Shown here piece by piece: positions 48,813 to 62,300 of a stretch of 64,000 bases of DNA; position 1 is the stretch's first letter, and every line of letters begins with the position of its first letter. Origin of the DNA: Paraspadella gotoi. Lineage: Eukaryota; Animalia; Chaetognatha. Position numbers and translations under genes: made by a program. The DNA lies in assembly GCA_051294375.1 (NCBI GenBank), contig CM119271.1:6759632-6823631 (forward strand), in the 5' to 3' direction. Below the pieces are notes generated by a model. It saw nothing but the letters and a program-made list of their open reading frames with translations, did no database searches and was not told where the DNA came from.

Positions 48813-49511
48813 AATAGGGCAAAGTTTCCAACACAGAGTTAAGAAAAGAATAGTGGTCAAGTGGTGAGAGACAGGTTAAGAATGAGGACAGATAGAGATT
48901 TTAGTTTTGAATAAGAAATGAAATGGTCAGAGTGAGAGAGATTGAGAGAGAGAGACAAGGAGAGAGAAAATAATAATACATTTCAAATTACAACAAATAA
49001 AGTTTTAAACTAAATAAACAGGCATTAACAATTAACTATTTAATAAATAAATAAGTTTAAGTGAAGGTGAAAATGAAATATGAAAGTGAGAAGATACATT
49101 TATGTAAAGGGTAAATTGTTAATAAAGTTAGAACTAGAGAGTTAAGATAGAGCTTCAAAGTGAGCTGGCCCCCCTTGGTTTGGACAAATGAGAGGCTCGC
49201 GGCGATGGGGCTGGGTCATTGGCGTGTCATTGGTTGAGAGGACAATTGAACCGAACATGTTATTGTCGGGCTAGGGAGGCTTCCTTGCGGAACATTCCAA
49301 GTGCTACTTGAATGTTTCTTTGGCCTGATACACCTGCCAGCTGCCCTCTTCTCGCTGCTGACGGGGTGGGCGGTTGTCAGTTCTTGCCGCTTTTGCGACA
49401 GGAGTGCTGGACTCCTCCCCCTCCTCCTGGAGCCGCTCGTTTTGGTCCGACGCTCGCTCCCCCAGAGAGGATTGAGTTGCTACAGTCGAGGGAGAGGCAT
49501 CGCCTGCCCAT

Positions 49512-50135
49512 TAAAGGCGTAGTGGAAAGTTACATACGAAAATTCTAAAAGTTAATTATGAACAACATACCAACAGTGAACATTAATTATAAAAAAAATT
49601 AATTTGATGTTTTTTAATTTTCGCAGTAGGTATATATTTATATATAGTACAATCCTTATGAAATACTGAAAACAATTTCCAAAATAGGCTTTTCTTAATT
49701 TTGATTACAGATTTGAATTCCTCGTCAAAAGTTGATAAAAGAAAATATAAATCATTTTTAAAAATTCTTTCATTAAATGGGTTAAAAATTAAAAACTATA
49801 TTTAATATATAAAAAGGTTAATTTCCAGCTTAAAATATAGCTTTTTCTTTAATTTTTGACCCACTTAATGAAGGAATTTTTTTAAAAGAGTTATATTTCT
49901 TTTTAACAACTTTTTTATGACGAATCCAAATCTGCAAAAAAATCTTACAAAAAACTGTTTTGAAATTTTAACATTTATTGGTTTAGTACTAGTATAAACA
50001 TGGCCTACTGCGTAAATTGTGAAATCTATTATGAATTTTTTTATTACATAAATGTTCATTAGTATAATGTTGTTCGTTCTTCACTTTTAGAATTTTAATT
50101 TAAGTATAAATTTTTAGAAATTTTACTACGCCTTA
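49512..50135 (-). mobile_element. Non-autonomous hAT-type MITE, copy 2 (opposite orientation)
   Basis: Reverse complement of 33501-34107; 8-bp TSD CTGCCCAT (49504-49511 and 50136-50143). Confidence 0.92.
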
Positions 50136-50226
50136 CTGCCCATTGCCTGTGTAAGGGTCTCCGCCTGTCTCTCTCTCTCTCCCCCTTCTTTCACACAAAA
50201 AACTGTCCAAAATTTCACAAATCATT

Positions 50227-50270
50227 TGACGCTGAAGAAGGCTTGCATCCAAAGCCAAAACATGTACATT
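50227..50270 (+). ncRNA. Hammerhead in the inverted pLTR, core G12-to-A mutant
   Basis: GACG CTGAAGA AGGCTTGCATCCAAAGCC AAAA CATGTA CATT. Confidence 0.65.
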
Positions 50271-53200
50271 TTCTATGAAAAATAAAATTCGTTGTGAACT
50301 AAAACCTTTTGCCTCATTATTTTCTTTAAATTAAATACTGTATACATAATAACTACCCTAGCGATTAAGTATTTTACTAATGATAACCAGAGGTTTTAGA
50401 AGAATTGTTTGTTTCCAACCTCTTAAAAAGGTAATAAAAGCATGCACGTCTAAGCGATTAGTGATTGTGTTTTCACCAAATAAAAATAAATATAAAAAAT
50501 CTGTAAATTTTTTTATAAAGTATTATTATTTACGTTTTAATTTTATTTTTTAACGAATTTTTAGGGGAAAAAATAAATGGAGAGTTTTCTAACAATAGTA
50601 TAGTAGTCCGTTCATCGTCAGTACAAAAAAATTACTTGAAACGCCATAGAAAATAAAAAAAGAAATGAAAAAAAAAATTAAAGTATTTAACAAAACTCTA
50701 AATATTCATTTTAAATCAATTGGGGAAGAGAAAAAGGTTAATTATGAATATTATGAAATAATATTAATATAATGCTCATCGGGAAAAATCGACTTCACAT
50801 TATAAAATAAAAATGCTCTCACGTTTTTTTCGAACAGAGTATCGCTTCCGATTCCGACTTCCGTGAAATTTTGCTAATTTTTTTATCTTTTATTATTATT
50901 ATTATTTACATTTATTATGACAAAAAACAATTTTAGCCCTATTTCCAGGATCATAAACGTAACAGGTTCATGTCAGCTTTCGAGTGGAGAGCAAAAATTA
51001 CATCTAAAATTATGACTAAGCCAAGTTTAAAAAAAGAAAAATCAATTAATTCTAAAATGTTTTTTTTACAAAGTTAAGACATAAATGCAATTGATCACAA
51101 ATTTTTGGTCATTTTTTACCCCCGTGGGTTAGAAATTGGGTTAAGGGTGGTTACTGGTTAGGGATTAGGAGTGCTTAAGGATTATGGGTGGTTAGGGATT
51201 AGGGGTAGTTTGGAAATAAAATTTGTAATAAAAAGTTTTTCTACCCTTAACCAGTATCCTTTTTTTATTTTTTGCATAATTTCTGTACGTAGCTCATAAA
51301 AAGCGAAAAAAAAATAACCGACCGCAAAATCTCGGTCGGCGAATGTAAAAATAAGCACAGTCTAGTGTAGACAGATTAAACTAAGAGTAATTAATTATTT
51401 TTTAAGATAAACTTTGAATAAATGTACAGTTTATGCACGAATGATTTTAAGTCTATTTTTGCGCTGATGATGACGAACAGAAATAGCTTAAGAGATCTAA
51501 TTATAAAAGTAAAAATAAAACCGCCTACAAATCTAGATTCACGTGTTATTAAGTTGGCTGTTCTAAAAATCAAATTTAATGAGATTACGTCATATTGAAT
51601 AAATAAAGAAGCTAAATGTACCACTATAATGACCATAAAACTGGAGAAGTATATTAACAACTATATCACTGTCAAATAAAAAAAACTTTAATTGAGCATA
51701 AACAGGGGGACATTAAATAACAAGCCCTCTAAATTAATTCTGATTTCTTGATGAAGACCTATGAGCAAAAATGAGCCGATATAGAAAAAGGCTCCTTGTG
51801 ATTGAGACAGTCAAAGGCTAAGGCTAGGTTGTAAATTTTTTTTTCATAATCTAAAATAATTTTTGTCTGAGACTTCAAAGAGCTCGAAAAATTCATCGTG
51901 TAAGGTTATAAAAAATACTGAGTAAATCCTTATAATAATTTTTTGAAGTAAACATGAAATTTTATCATTATGAAAACACTAATCCTAATTTTTTTTTATG
52001 CAAATAAAGATGAACGTTAAAATTGAAATTGAATTGTCAACCAATTGAAATTTTGTATTATGCGAGTTTAAGAATACAAACCTTTTAAAAATTGAGTAGG
52101 TTAACCATTAACGGATAAGAAGTTCAAATCAGCGAGCTCAGTTGTATCGGGTCATAAAATTAATGAGTCTTGAAACCTTCAATCTAGTATTTTTTTGCAT
52201 TATTTATGTATTTATTTATTTGCGTCGGTTATTTTTTATTGTTATTATTTTTTTTAATGAATTTGAAAAACTTTTTTTTCAAATTCAAAATCTTCGAGCT
52301 ATTTTGGGAATATTTTTAAAAATTGATTTGAAGCAATAAAAATTTAAATAATCGTTAAAAATTGAAAATATAAAAATATAAAAGACTGTATCAAGAACAT
52401 ATCGATTGAAAGCTGAGACCAAGCGAATTCCAAAAATGTATTTAATTTTTATTTATCATTAATTTTAAGCAAAATGTAAAGCCGCAAAGTTTGCGGTTTC
52501 GCATACAATCAGTGTCTTTTAAACAAACGAAATCTGAACTTCAATAATTACCATATTTCTTGATCTCATTGGTTAGTACGAAGCTTTCTTCATTTAAAAA
52601 AACGGTAGTCTCAAGTTATCTCCTTCTTATCACTTAGAACTTCCATGTAAATTTCTATGAGTTTAAAAATACGGTAAGACATGATTTCTCAATGATTGTC
52701 AATCTAATCTCATTAACTGCTTAATTTTAGAAAAAAGTATGCTTGAATTTTTATGGTACAGATGATTTTTAAAGATCGAATTCCTTATAAGAATCCTCAT
52801 GTCTTTTACTTACACAAAAGATTTTAGGTAAGATGCCAAATTTTCTGATACAATTTTTTTTCCTTCATACGCTTTCCTGATTATTTTTCTTCCACTCTTT
52901 TCTTCTCTCACTTATATTTTTCTCTTCCTCTTTCCTCCTTTACTTCTCTCGCTGTCACTTACCATTTTTTTTGCCCCTACCTTTTCTGTCACTCATGCAC
53001 TTTCCTCACCTTTTTTTCTCATCTTCATTCTTTCCCTTTTTCCCCTCTTTTCTTTCCATTTTCCTCTTTTCTTACCATACAATTGTTTCATTATTTTTTC
53101 CCCATTTGCCTTCGTTTTTTTTGCCTTTCACCCTCTCTTTCATTCTCTTCCCTTCTCCTGTTTTGTTTTCCTTTCATATTTCCTCTCACTACGTTTACAT

Positions 53201-54423
53201 TGAGCCAAATCAAATAAAATATTTAAAATGCATTATAAGAAAGAAAATGAACGGTAACGCATGATTTTTTTTTCAATTTTGGTTGCCTAGCAAATTAGTA
53301 AATCGACAGATTTTGCGGAAAATTTTCCGCAAAATCTGTCGATTCTGAGAAAAAAAAGGGTCCTGACGCTTTCCATTGGGTTAAAAGGATGCGGTTTTTT
53401 TTAAATTAATCAAGGTCAGTATGTACCTCATCTTTTAAAACTAATAAATGAGATGAAAATATTCTCATTATCAAAAATAAATGCAAGTCACAAAAAGTCA
53501 CAAATTAAAATACGTCTTTAAAATTATTTGTGGCTAAACCAAAAAAGTTTTTTTGATAATTTAATAGGTGTTAAAAGCTTATTCAATAGGCTATATTTTC
53601 TGTTAATTTCAACCAATTTGATTTATTTTTGTTTAACAAATTATGATAAAGACTGAAACTCCAACTTTTTGACTTGCTAACTTTAAAATTAATTCATAGG
53701 CAAACTATAAATGATTTAAGCTAATAAATTTACCCAGAGGTAAAAAAGATAAGAAAGACCGGATTTCCAAAGTAAAAAAATTTTCTCAACTTTTCTTGGC
53801 ATTCAAATCAGAAGTCGTAAGTAAAAATGGACAAAAATGGACATAATTTTTTGGCTAAAAGTTGCCAAAATGGTACTATTTTATCATTAGAAACGGGTGG
53901 AGATGTTTCTAACCAATCCTTCGTTCGGCCTAATTTGTGTTGTGGTACAAAATTAATTAACATTTTAAGTAACAACTGAACAATAGTGGAAAAAGTCGTT
54001 TTTTTCCTAAATGCAACGTTTGTACGCGGAACCTTGCTTAAGTCAAGCAAATAACTAATTTTGAGCGACAAAAACTGTTGTGTCGCGTAAAAATGTCTAG
54101 TTTTCCTTTTTTTTTTAAAGCTAGGATAATGAAGTTTCTTAAAATGTTTTCGGTTTTAATCTACATGTGACCGTTCTCAAGTAATAAAAGCCCAAAATAG
54201 CTCGAAGACCCTGTACAAGTATATATGAGTAAAAGCGAAAAATCATTTTAAATTAATTTGATCATAACATAGCTGATAAATGTGAATTTTTCGGTCCAAA
54301 AATTAGTCTCAACTCGAATTTCACCTCCCCTCCCCTCAAAATTCGGATCCAGCGCAACAACAATATTCTACTAAGACTGCCTACGTATTTCTTGGATTGT
54401 TAACCCGTTAACCGCGAACATGA

Positions 54424-55222
54424 TCAAATGGCAGTGGTTCGCCTCAAAGTTTCGCCCAGTCCCAATCGGGCGTTGGACGAATCTCTGCTCCTGTCCTGGT
54501 ATTGCTTGTTTGCATTGTATCCGACAGCGGTGGCGGTGGAAACTCGCGGCTCCCCGAAACCGACGTTGTGATAGGCGGTGGGCAGCGCCGCTCCTGAGAT
54601 GAAGGGCGCGCGTAGATGCGCATGACTACTCATGTCGTAGGGGGAGGCGTCGCGCGAGGCCGGGCCGGTCCCGAAATCACGGTGATTCGTGCGCGAGACC
54701 GAGCGCGATCGGTGGGCGGAGGAAGAGGCGGAGAGCGAAGGACGCGCGACGAAGTCTTCGGGTTCACTGGGGCGAAGGGCACCGACGCCGACCTCCACGT
54801 CGCCCCCGCTTTCGATGTCGACGTCGGGGCGGGAGGAGAAGAGGTCGGAAACACCGGTGACGCTGGTGGCGTTGCTGCGCGGCATCCGCGCCGTTGTCGA
54901 AGCCGTCGTCGTAAGAGGCGGAGAGTTTGTGTTGGAGGGCGCCGGCCGAGGACTGGGAGGAAAATCGGCGTAACGGACGCCGTCGACAATGTCGTCGGGA
55001 TTGGCACTGTACTGCATCGTCGTCGTAACGTTTTTCATGCGCTCGTGCTTCTTGGCGAAGGACTTTTTGTAGCGTTTTATGTAGACGTAGACGAACATAG
55101 CGCCCGCGAATTCCATGAGCGTGAAGGCGATCGCCGACAAGAAAACGGACCACCCGTAGGAGTACTTGAGGACGGGGTCGTCGCGAGGAGCCTGAGACTT
55201 GTGGCCGACTTCTTCCGTCACG
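54424..55222 (-). CDS. CACNG: CACNG/TARP coding exon 2
   Basis: Phase-matching acceptor tatccag; YSYGWSVFLSAIAFTLMEFAGAMFVYVYIKRY (TM4 as in CACNG2-8); C-terminus RRTTAI resembles the TARP PDZ ligand RRTTPV. Confidence 0.92.
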
Positions 55223-56549
55223 CTGGATAGATCATACGTTATTAAAACAATAAATTGACTGACCGATTAATATTAAAAGGTAAAAAATAAATTAACGTAA
55301 AATAAAAAAAACACAATATGATAATATCATAGTCCTGCAATGATATAAAAGAATATCAAATTTCATTTAATATATTTGTTTTATAAATGTTAAAAAACTT
55401 TAAATTCTTTTTGTTTTATATTTTTATATTTTTTATACAATATACTTACTTAATTCTTACTTTTTTATTGCTCTTTGAGTTAAACCGGTCTTAGTAATGA
55501 TAATTAATAAAGAGGACTGCCTTTACTGTGTCTCATGTTAAACTGTTGCATCATCTCTATTAAGATATATTTATGGATAAATCCTTTGATATATTCATGT
55601 TATAAATTATCCAGAATATATTTTTTATTGTAAAATATTAGTAAAAGTTATAGTAGGAGTAGCCGCACTCAATGGGGTTTGTCAAAAATTTAGAGCGAGT
55701 ACATGCTCAAACGAAAAGTTATAAATTTTTAAGTATACTTTCAAGAGACAAAAAATTTCTTATATGGTTCTATACCCTCGTAATTAATTTTTTAATATTT
55801 ATTTATAGATAGGAAAAGCCAAATTTTTTTTGGAAAAAATTAAAATTTTAAGACCAGATTCAGAAGGTTGTCTATATAAACTTAAGTATAATTTTTTGAA
55901 AAATATTTTATTGATAAGTAGGTAAAAAATAAGAAAAACAGTAAAAAATCGTCATCATCTTTCGATGATTTCATCGTTTTTTTTAGATTTTTACTGAGAA
56001 AACATAAGAATTTTTCAAAGCTGTAATTATATTTCTTATTTAACTTTTTATGCTCTATCAGAATCCATAAAAAAATTTTAAGCTTTTAAAAAAACATTTT
56101 TTTTCTTTATATAGTAGTATAATAATTTTAATTAGGCTAGTACCCTCAGAAAAAAGCATTTTTAGCAAAAAATATTTAAATACTATAATCTATGCTCATG
56201 ATAGATTATTTTAACGCTGTATACATTATTATTTAAATTTCATCGGCTATGGCTAGTTATAGGGCTTTGGGTAACCTTTTGATAAACAAAATTAATATTT
56301 TTATATATTTTTAAATGTATTATCGGTATCAAGTATCAAACAAGTCACAAAAAAAAAAGAAATACAAATTTTTCTAATGGATATTGTCACATTGTGCAGC
56401 AATAATAAAAGTTTTATATGCTTTATAGGGAATCCATCTTTTTTACTGCTTGTCAAATACTACATATAAACTGGATAAAAAATACGTAGCTTTCAAAATT
56501 TAGTGTCTTAGAAAGAGAGTCAATTGCATTATTTTATATAATAACATAC

Positions 56550-57070
56550 CTCGCGATATACACTACCAAGCCGACAAGATTCAAGAGCCCGGCCGAAACG
56601 AAGACGATGCCGGAGAAAAAGTTGAGTGGCTTCTTCCCCGTATTCTTGCAGTGCCCGACGGTGGTGACGACGGATCCGAAGGTGAGCACGGCGAGGCTGA
56701 GGAAAGGAAACGCCGTTGCTTTGCGCACGTTTTTCTGGATCATCTCTAGAATGTCGCTAGGATCGAAGTCGTCGTCCGGCTTTCCGTACGATATGAGTTG
56801 GCAGTGATATGGAATGTCTAGGCTGAGCACATGTTTCCACCGCTTTTCAACGGGGAAATTGCTCGTTACCGACGCTTTGTACGAACACACTCTCCAAATG
56901 CCCTGGTAGCTATTTCGGAACGTTTCTGTCTTGTTCATAACGTCTTCGCCGATTTTTTCCAGGGTGTAGAGCCACGAGTCTGTCACCAGCGCCACGGCGA
57001 GTACAACGAAGGCGCAGACTGTGAACACGGCACTTTGAATGAACAGAAACTTCTTTTCGTAATAACCCAT
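56550..57070 (-). CDS. CACNG: CACNG/TARP (stargazin-like, claudin/PMP22 superfamily) coding exon 1
   Basis: TM1, then TDSWLYT..E and the claudin-family motif GIWRVC, ATAFPFLSL, and FFSGIVFVSAGLLNLVGLVVYI; phase-2 donor ag|gtatgt. Confidence 0.92.
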
Positions 57071-58437
57071 GGTGCTTGTCCAAGATGAGGAGTCGACACT
57101 ATCTATTTTTCTGTGGGGAGCGAAAGGTTTGGGGGAATGGGTCAGCTGGAGGAAAAGGGTCTTGGAGGTCGCCCTGGTTCACTTCTTCCGTGCATCCTTC
57201 GGTTTTTATTATTTTTTTTTCCTCTTTTTTTTCCGCAAAGTTTTTTGTTCCAATGTTTTTTCTTCTGAGATCATCTGTGAATTATCTTTGGGAGACTAAA
57301 AAAAAGTAAACTTCATTGAAAGATTTAACGAGAAGAAACGTGAATGATGTTCCCAGTTGGCACAATTCTTGACTAAATACATCATATAATGAAAAAAGAA
57401 TTAGTTTAAAAATTGAGCAAACAAGAATTCTTGAAAACAAAATCAAAACGTCAACGAAAACGGTTAGATGATATTAGTTGTTCCATAACAACAATAACCT
57501 TCTAAATATGTATAAATTTTCATGCATTCTAGATAGCAATTACATTTTGTAAAAACGATACTTTTTAACCAATACAATAGTCAACGCAATAACAATCAAC
57601 TATTAAGGTGAATAATAAAAAGCTTGACTGTTGACAGTTGAAAATCATAGACATATATATTATATAGCATAGTTAATACATTCCCGAATGATGAACAATA
57701 ACATTCAGCTTTAAAGCGTTGACATTAAACTTTTCTTTTCTTATATAATAATCATATTGCGAAAAAGCCCTAAGCGTCGATTAATCGTCCAGCATTTAAA
57801 TAATTTACCAACAAGCAGCATAAATAAACCTACAAAACATTAAAAATAACAATTCGTTCAAGGATAAAGTATAAAAGTGCAGCTATTGTGATAAAAATCT
57901 GCTTTCTAATTAAATTTTTCAAAGATCGTAAACGGCCCGATCTTTGATTTAATCATCTGGAAAAAGACTAAAAATAGGAAATTTTAATGTCATTAATTTA
58001 TACTATTTCATTCGACTGAAGACGCTATAGGAAAAAAAAAATTACATTCGGTAGTTCGGATTCGATAACTGGTGGAGATTTTTGGAATACGAAACAAATT
58101 TGTTTCTCCATATATAAGGCACGATTAAATCCAATACAATGTTTTAAACAAAATAAGAAAGCGCGCAAATCATAATTAGGAAGATAATAGTAAAAATATA
58201 GGATATAAGGTAAGAAAACCGTGAAATTCAATTCTTATGTTGATATAATATAGAACTATATCGTACCAACACATATGCATATTGCATAAGTATATTTCCA
58301 TCGCTCGATACGTATATGCGATAAAATATATCAGTGAAAAAACTTGTTAAGTACTATTGCTAGTAGGAAGGTGACGTCTTTTCGCGTTCGCGATCTTTTT
58401 TGTGCAGCTTTTAAATTATTTAGTCGTTTTTTTCTCT

Positions 58438-59330
58438 TCAGACAAAAGAGGAAAATCCCGGGAGTGGCGCTCTCGAACCTGGGCCGTTGTTGCCGTTCTT
58501 GTTGTTGTTGTTAAAGTAAAGTCGTTGGTGGGAACCGACAAAGGGATCGCGCCCGGACGGAGATTGACTGATCCTCGACCCGTACAACCCAATCCCACCG
58601 CCGCTCACTTCCGTGAGGGAAATGTCAGAACCGTGGTCGGATTCGCCTCCTAAGTGAGAGGGCACTCGACGCTTAGGCTGCCGACGTAAGGATCCACCGT
58701 TGGCGAGTTCCTCGTTAGCCTCGTTGTAGTGGTTTACGAATGAGGAGGAATCGAAGTGGGCGCCAGAGGCAAGACCACGGGGCGAGATCGAAGAAGGCGC
58801 CGCCGAACGACGAGAATTAGAGTCGGACGGAGTTGGTGAAGATACGGCGTCGAACCCGCGGGCGAATTGCAACCCGCTACCGAATTGACTACTGCCTTGC
58901 TGGCTACCGCCATATCGACGCTCTGCCGCCATGACGCCATAAGGCGGTGGCCCGGTGTTCGGAGAGTCGGAACGGCGGGGCGAGGATTGGCCGCCCGGTC
59001 GACCCAGTTGGGACTCATCGGGTGTGTATCCGTGGGGAATGTTTAAGTAGGGATGATGGGGATGGAGAGGGTGAAGGTTGTGGTGCAGAGGATGGCCCCT
59101 CCCCGCTGGATTGACGACGGGAACTCCGTCGTCGCTGGAACGAGGGAATCCAGCCGAGTAGGGATTCTCCAAAGGGGGTTGCTGCCTCTGGAAAGTGGAA
59201 ACTGGACTGGGAAGGTTGAGGGAAGATGATGCGTTTGTCGTCGCTAACGTAGTCCTCGGAAACGGACGAGTATATTGGGAATAATTTTGAGGAAGCGTGC
59301 TGAAGCCGTTGACGGAATCGGTCGAAACCG
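58438..59330 (-). CDS. sdk: Sidekick terminal cytoplasmic exon
   Basis: Acceptor cttgcag; contains SSFVNHY and ends GSRAPLPGFSSFV-stop. Confidence 0.92.
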
Positions 59331-62300
59331 CTGCAAGAAAGATGACGCAGCCAACATTAGTGTCGACATTCATTAAAAAATTCAGTAAAAATTTGTAATA
59401 CGGACTGCACGTCCTACCGAAAGCAGGAGGTGGGGGAAAGAGCGCCGAATCAGCTTCCTCGTCGTCATCATCCTCTTCCGGCGACAGAGAATCTTCGATT
59501 TCTTTCGTGGTTAATTCGCTAGACCCGGAGCCGGACCCCGCGCCGTTCGACATCACATCGTCGGTCCCGCGCTCATTTTTGACGCGCTAAGCGAAAGAAA
59601 AACCTTTTTTTCTCTAGACTTCGAACAATTAATATATCACTTGACATTTTTACCTGCGAATAACTGGTATCCTCTTCGTCGTCGTCTTCTTCCGAGTAAT
59701 TGGCTGCGGGAGAAGGCAAAGGTGGTTCCCGATAGCTCGGCTGTCGGTTTCCTCCTTAAGAAGAACAGCAGCATCGTAATTAAAAACAATTTACAAAATA
59801 TTTTTTTCGAATTAAACTAGTAAAGAGCGTGGATGTCGATCCTAAACTACCGTGATTAACGGCTCGACGTAGAGACTTGCGAAGGGACTGACGTTGACTA
59901 TGATTGGGGCCCGTTGTGGCGAATCCGCCACCGGCCCCTCCGAGGATCTCATCAGAAACATGAACCGGATTCACGTGACCCTGACCAGCGCGCACGTGCT
60001 CCACCCGTTGCATGGTTCCAGTTCGCTTCATCTGAGTCTGTAATTTTGTTATCGTTAATATTAATTACGTTTCAACAAGTTAAAATCATGTCTTCTTTGT
60101 TTTTTAGCTGTGTTATTTTATATTTTCAACTATTTTCAAGTATCGTTAGAAATTGGCCAAGAGAGACGAGTCACAAGTCATGAGAGCCTTTAAGAGATGT
60201 TATTTGGCTATTGTATATAATTTAAGGCTTAAAGATGATTACCTGCTCTTTTCGTTTACGATTCCTCCCGACAATGACAAGAGTTGCCACGAGAATTGCA
60301 AGGATTATGAAACCGCAGACGGCCATGACGACTTTAAACCATCCCTCAGACCACCAAGTAGAAGCACGGGCTACTGCGGGCAGAGGACGGACGGGGCCAG
60401 TTTCGGTCGGCGTCGAGGGACCTAGAGATTGATAAAAACAATTCTCTAAAAACGATAAATATTTTTTTCATCTCAACTTTCACGAGACCTTTATAGTTGT
60501 AAGCGACGACTCTGAAGTAATACTCGGATCCCTGTTTCAGCTTTCCCCAGTTGAGCTGATAACCGGTGATCTTGGAGTCGTCCATGACCTCCAGCTCCCA
60601 TGGTCCCCAGCGAGGGACGTCGGCTCGCTTCCGTAACCGCGGCGAACTCTCCTCTGCCAACTCTCGTGACCTCTTTTCTAAAATATAGCCGACGGTGTTG
60701 TTGATCTCGCTATACTTCCAAAACAGGACAAGCGCATCGCTAGTAATTTCGTGATTGAGATCAACCACCGGCCCCGGAGATCCCGGCTGCGGTCCGACCT
60801 TGACTTCCGCAGTCTCTGAAGGTCCAAATCCGACAGAAGTCTTCGCGCGAACGCGAAAACCGTAAGTTCCGAGGTAAGTCAGTTCGACGACATCGAGTTC
60901 CAAGGGATCGTCAAAGTTCTTCTGAACACGTGTAGTTCGGCTGATACCGTCGATCGGTTGTATTTCTTCATAAACAATCTCGTAACTAAGGACAACGCCG
61001 TTAGGATCGACTGGCGTGTTCCAACGTAGTTTAAGCGAGTTGAGCGTCAGATTATGAAACCCGAGCTCTGAGGGTGGACCTGGATAATCCTCTAAGGTTT
61101 TGATAAGAACATCCCCCGAGCTGTTCCTTCCGTCTCCTGCACTATTGAATGCGAGGATTTTTAGACGGTAAAGTGTATACTTTCTCATGTTCGATAATAA
61201 AACGAAATTGTTCTTGTATCCCGTCGTTTTCACACCCTCCCGCTTGGAGTTTTCCTCGATGAAATACAGCTTGTAGCCGAGGAGATTTCCATTGAGATCG
61301 CGTGACGCAGGAGGAGTCCAGGTCACGTTGATTTCGGTGGAACTCGGTGCCTCGGCACGAAGATTCTTTGGTGGAGCGGATGGAACGGCGACGCCAACAT
61401 CGACTATCGTCAAGGGGCTAAAAGAACCTGATCCCTGGGCGTTGTAGGCCAAAATGCGAAATTCATATCTCTCACCCTCGACGAGATGATCTATACGGAC
61501 GGAGCGACGAACGAGGGTTTCCGATGAGACGCGTGTGCTGAGGACAGACTCTTGCCAAGACAGGCTGGACAACTTGCGATACTGAATTATATAACCGTCT
61601 AGTCTTGGGCCGCTCCACGAATTTTTTTGGGGATCGAAGAATGACACTTCGACCGCGTTGGAGGTGACGGGAACGACGCGAATATCTTGAGGAGGTTCGC
61701 TTGGAGTCGAGGGAAGCGTGAGGATGGGCTCGCTGATGGGACTGAAACTGGAAGTGCCGACGTCGTTTGTCGCGGTTACGCGGAATCGATATTTGGTGTA
61801 AGGTCGAAGATTTTTCAGCGTATAACTGGAACCGGTCGGCAGAATTTTTTCTGGAAAATATTTGGCCCAGTTGGACCAAACGCCAACTTCTACCTCAGAT
61901 CTCTTTCGAGCGACACCAGATCTAAACGTCTGATAGAAAATGGTGTGATAGCGAACGGGTGCTTCCGAATCAGGAACGACCAAACTCAAAGTGACGCTTC
62001 TTGCTTCAGTCAGTCCATCATTAACGCTCGGCCTCAAAGGAGTGTCTGGTAAACGCCTGTTGGGGCGGGTGTAAACGTCAACCGTTAACACTTCGCCATA
62101 TCCGTGCCTCGTCTTCGCCTTTATTGTAAATGTATAATATTGCTCGGGGTCTAATCCGTAAGCCGCAAAATATCGAGTTTCCGGAGACAGGTCTCCAGAT
62201 TTAAGGGGGTTTGCGGAGGCTGTCCCGAAGTGAGACTTCAGAAGATACTCAATGGCGTAACCCAAGATAACTCCGTTGGGGCGAAGTGGGGGCTTCCAAA

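Larger units (their letters stand above)
48570..50317 (-). mobile_element. Penelope-like element remnant (3' region plus inverted pLTRs) interrupted by a hAT-type MITE
   Basis: 49140-49510 is homologous to 28960-29310; inverted repeats at 48606-48750 and 50169-50317; PLE tail aacaacgaaaaagaaagg on the minus strand at ~48580. Confidence 0.88.

Noticed and set aside
54616-55230. Plus-strand ORFs overlapping CACNG, Sdk and exon 1 of the giant gene
   Set aside because: Antisense shadows of GC-rich coding exons, with no independent motifs.
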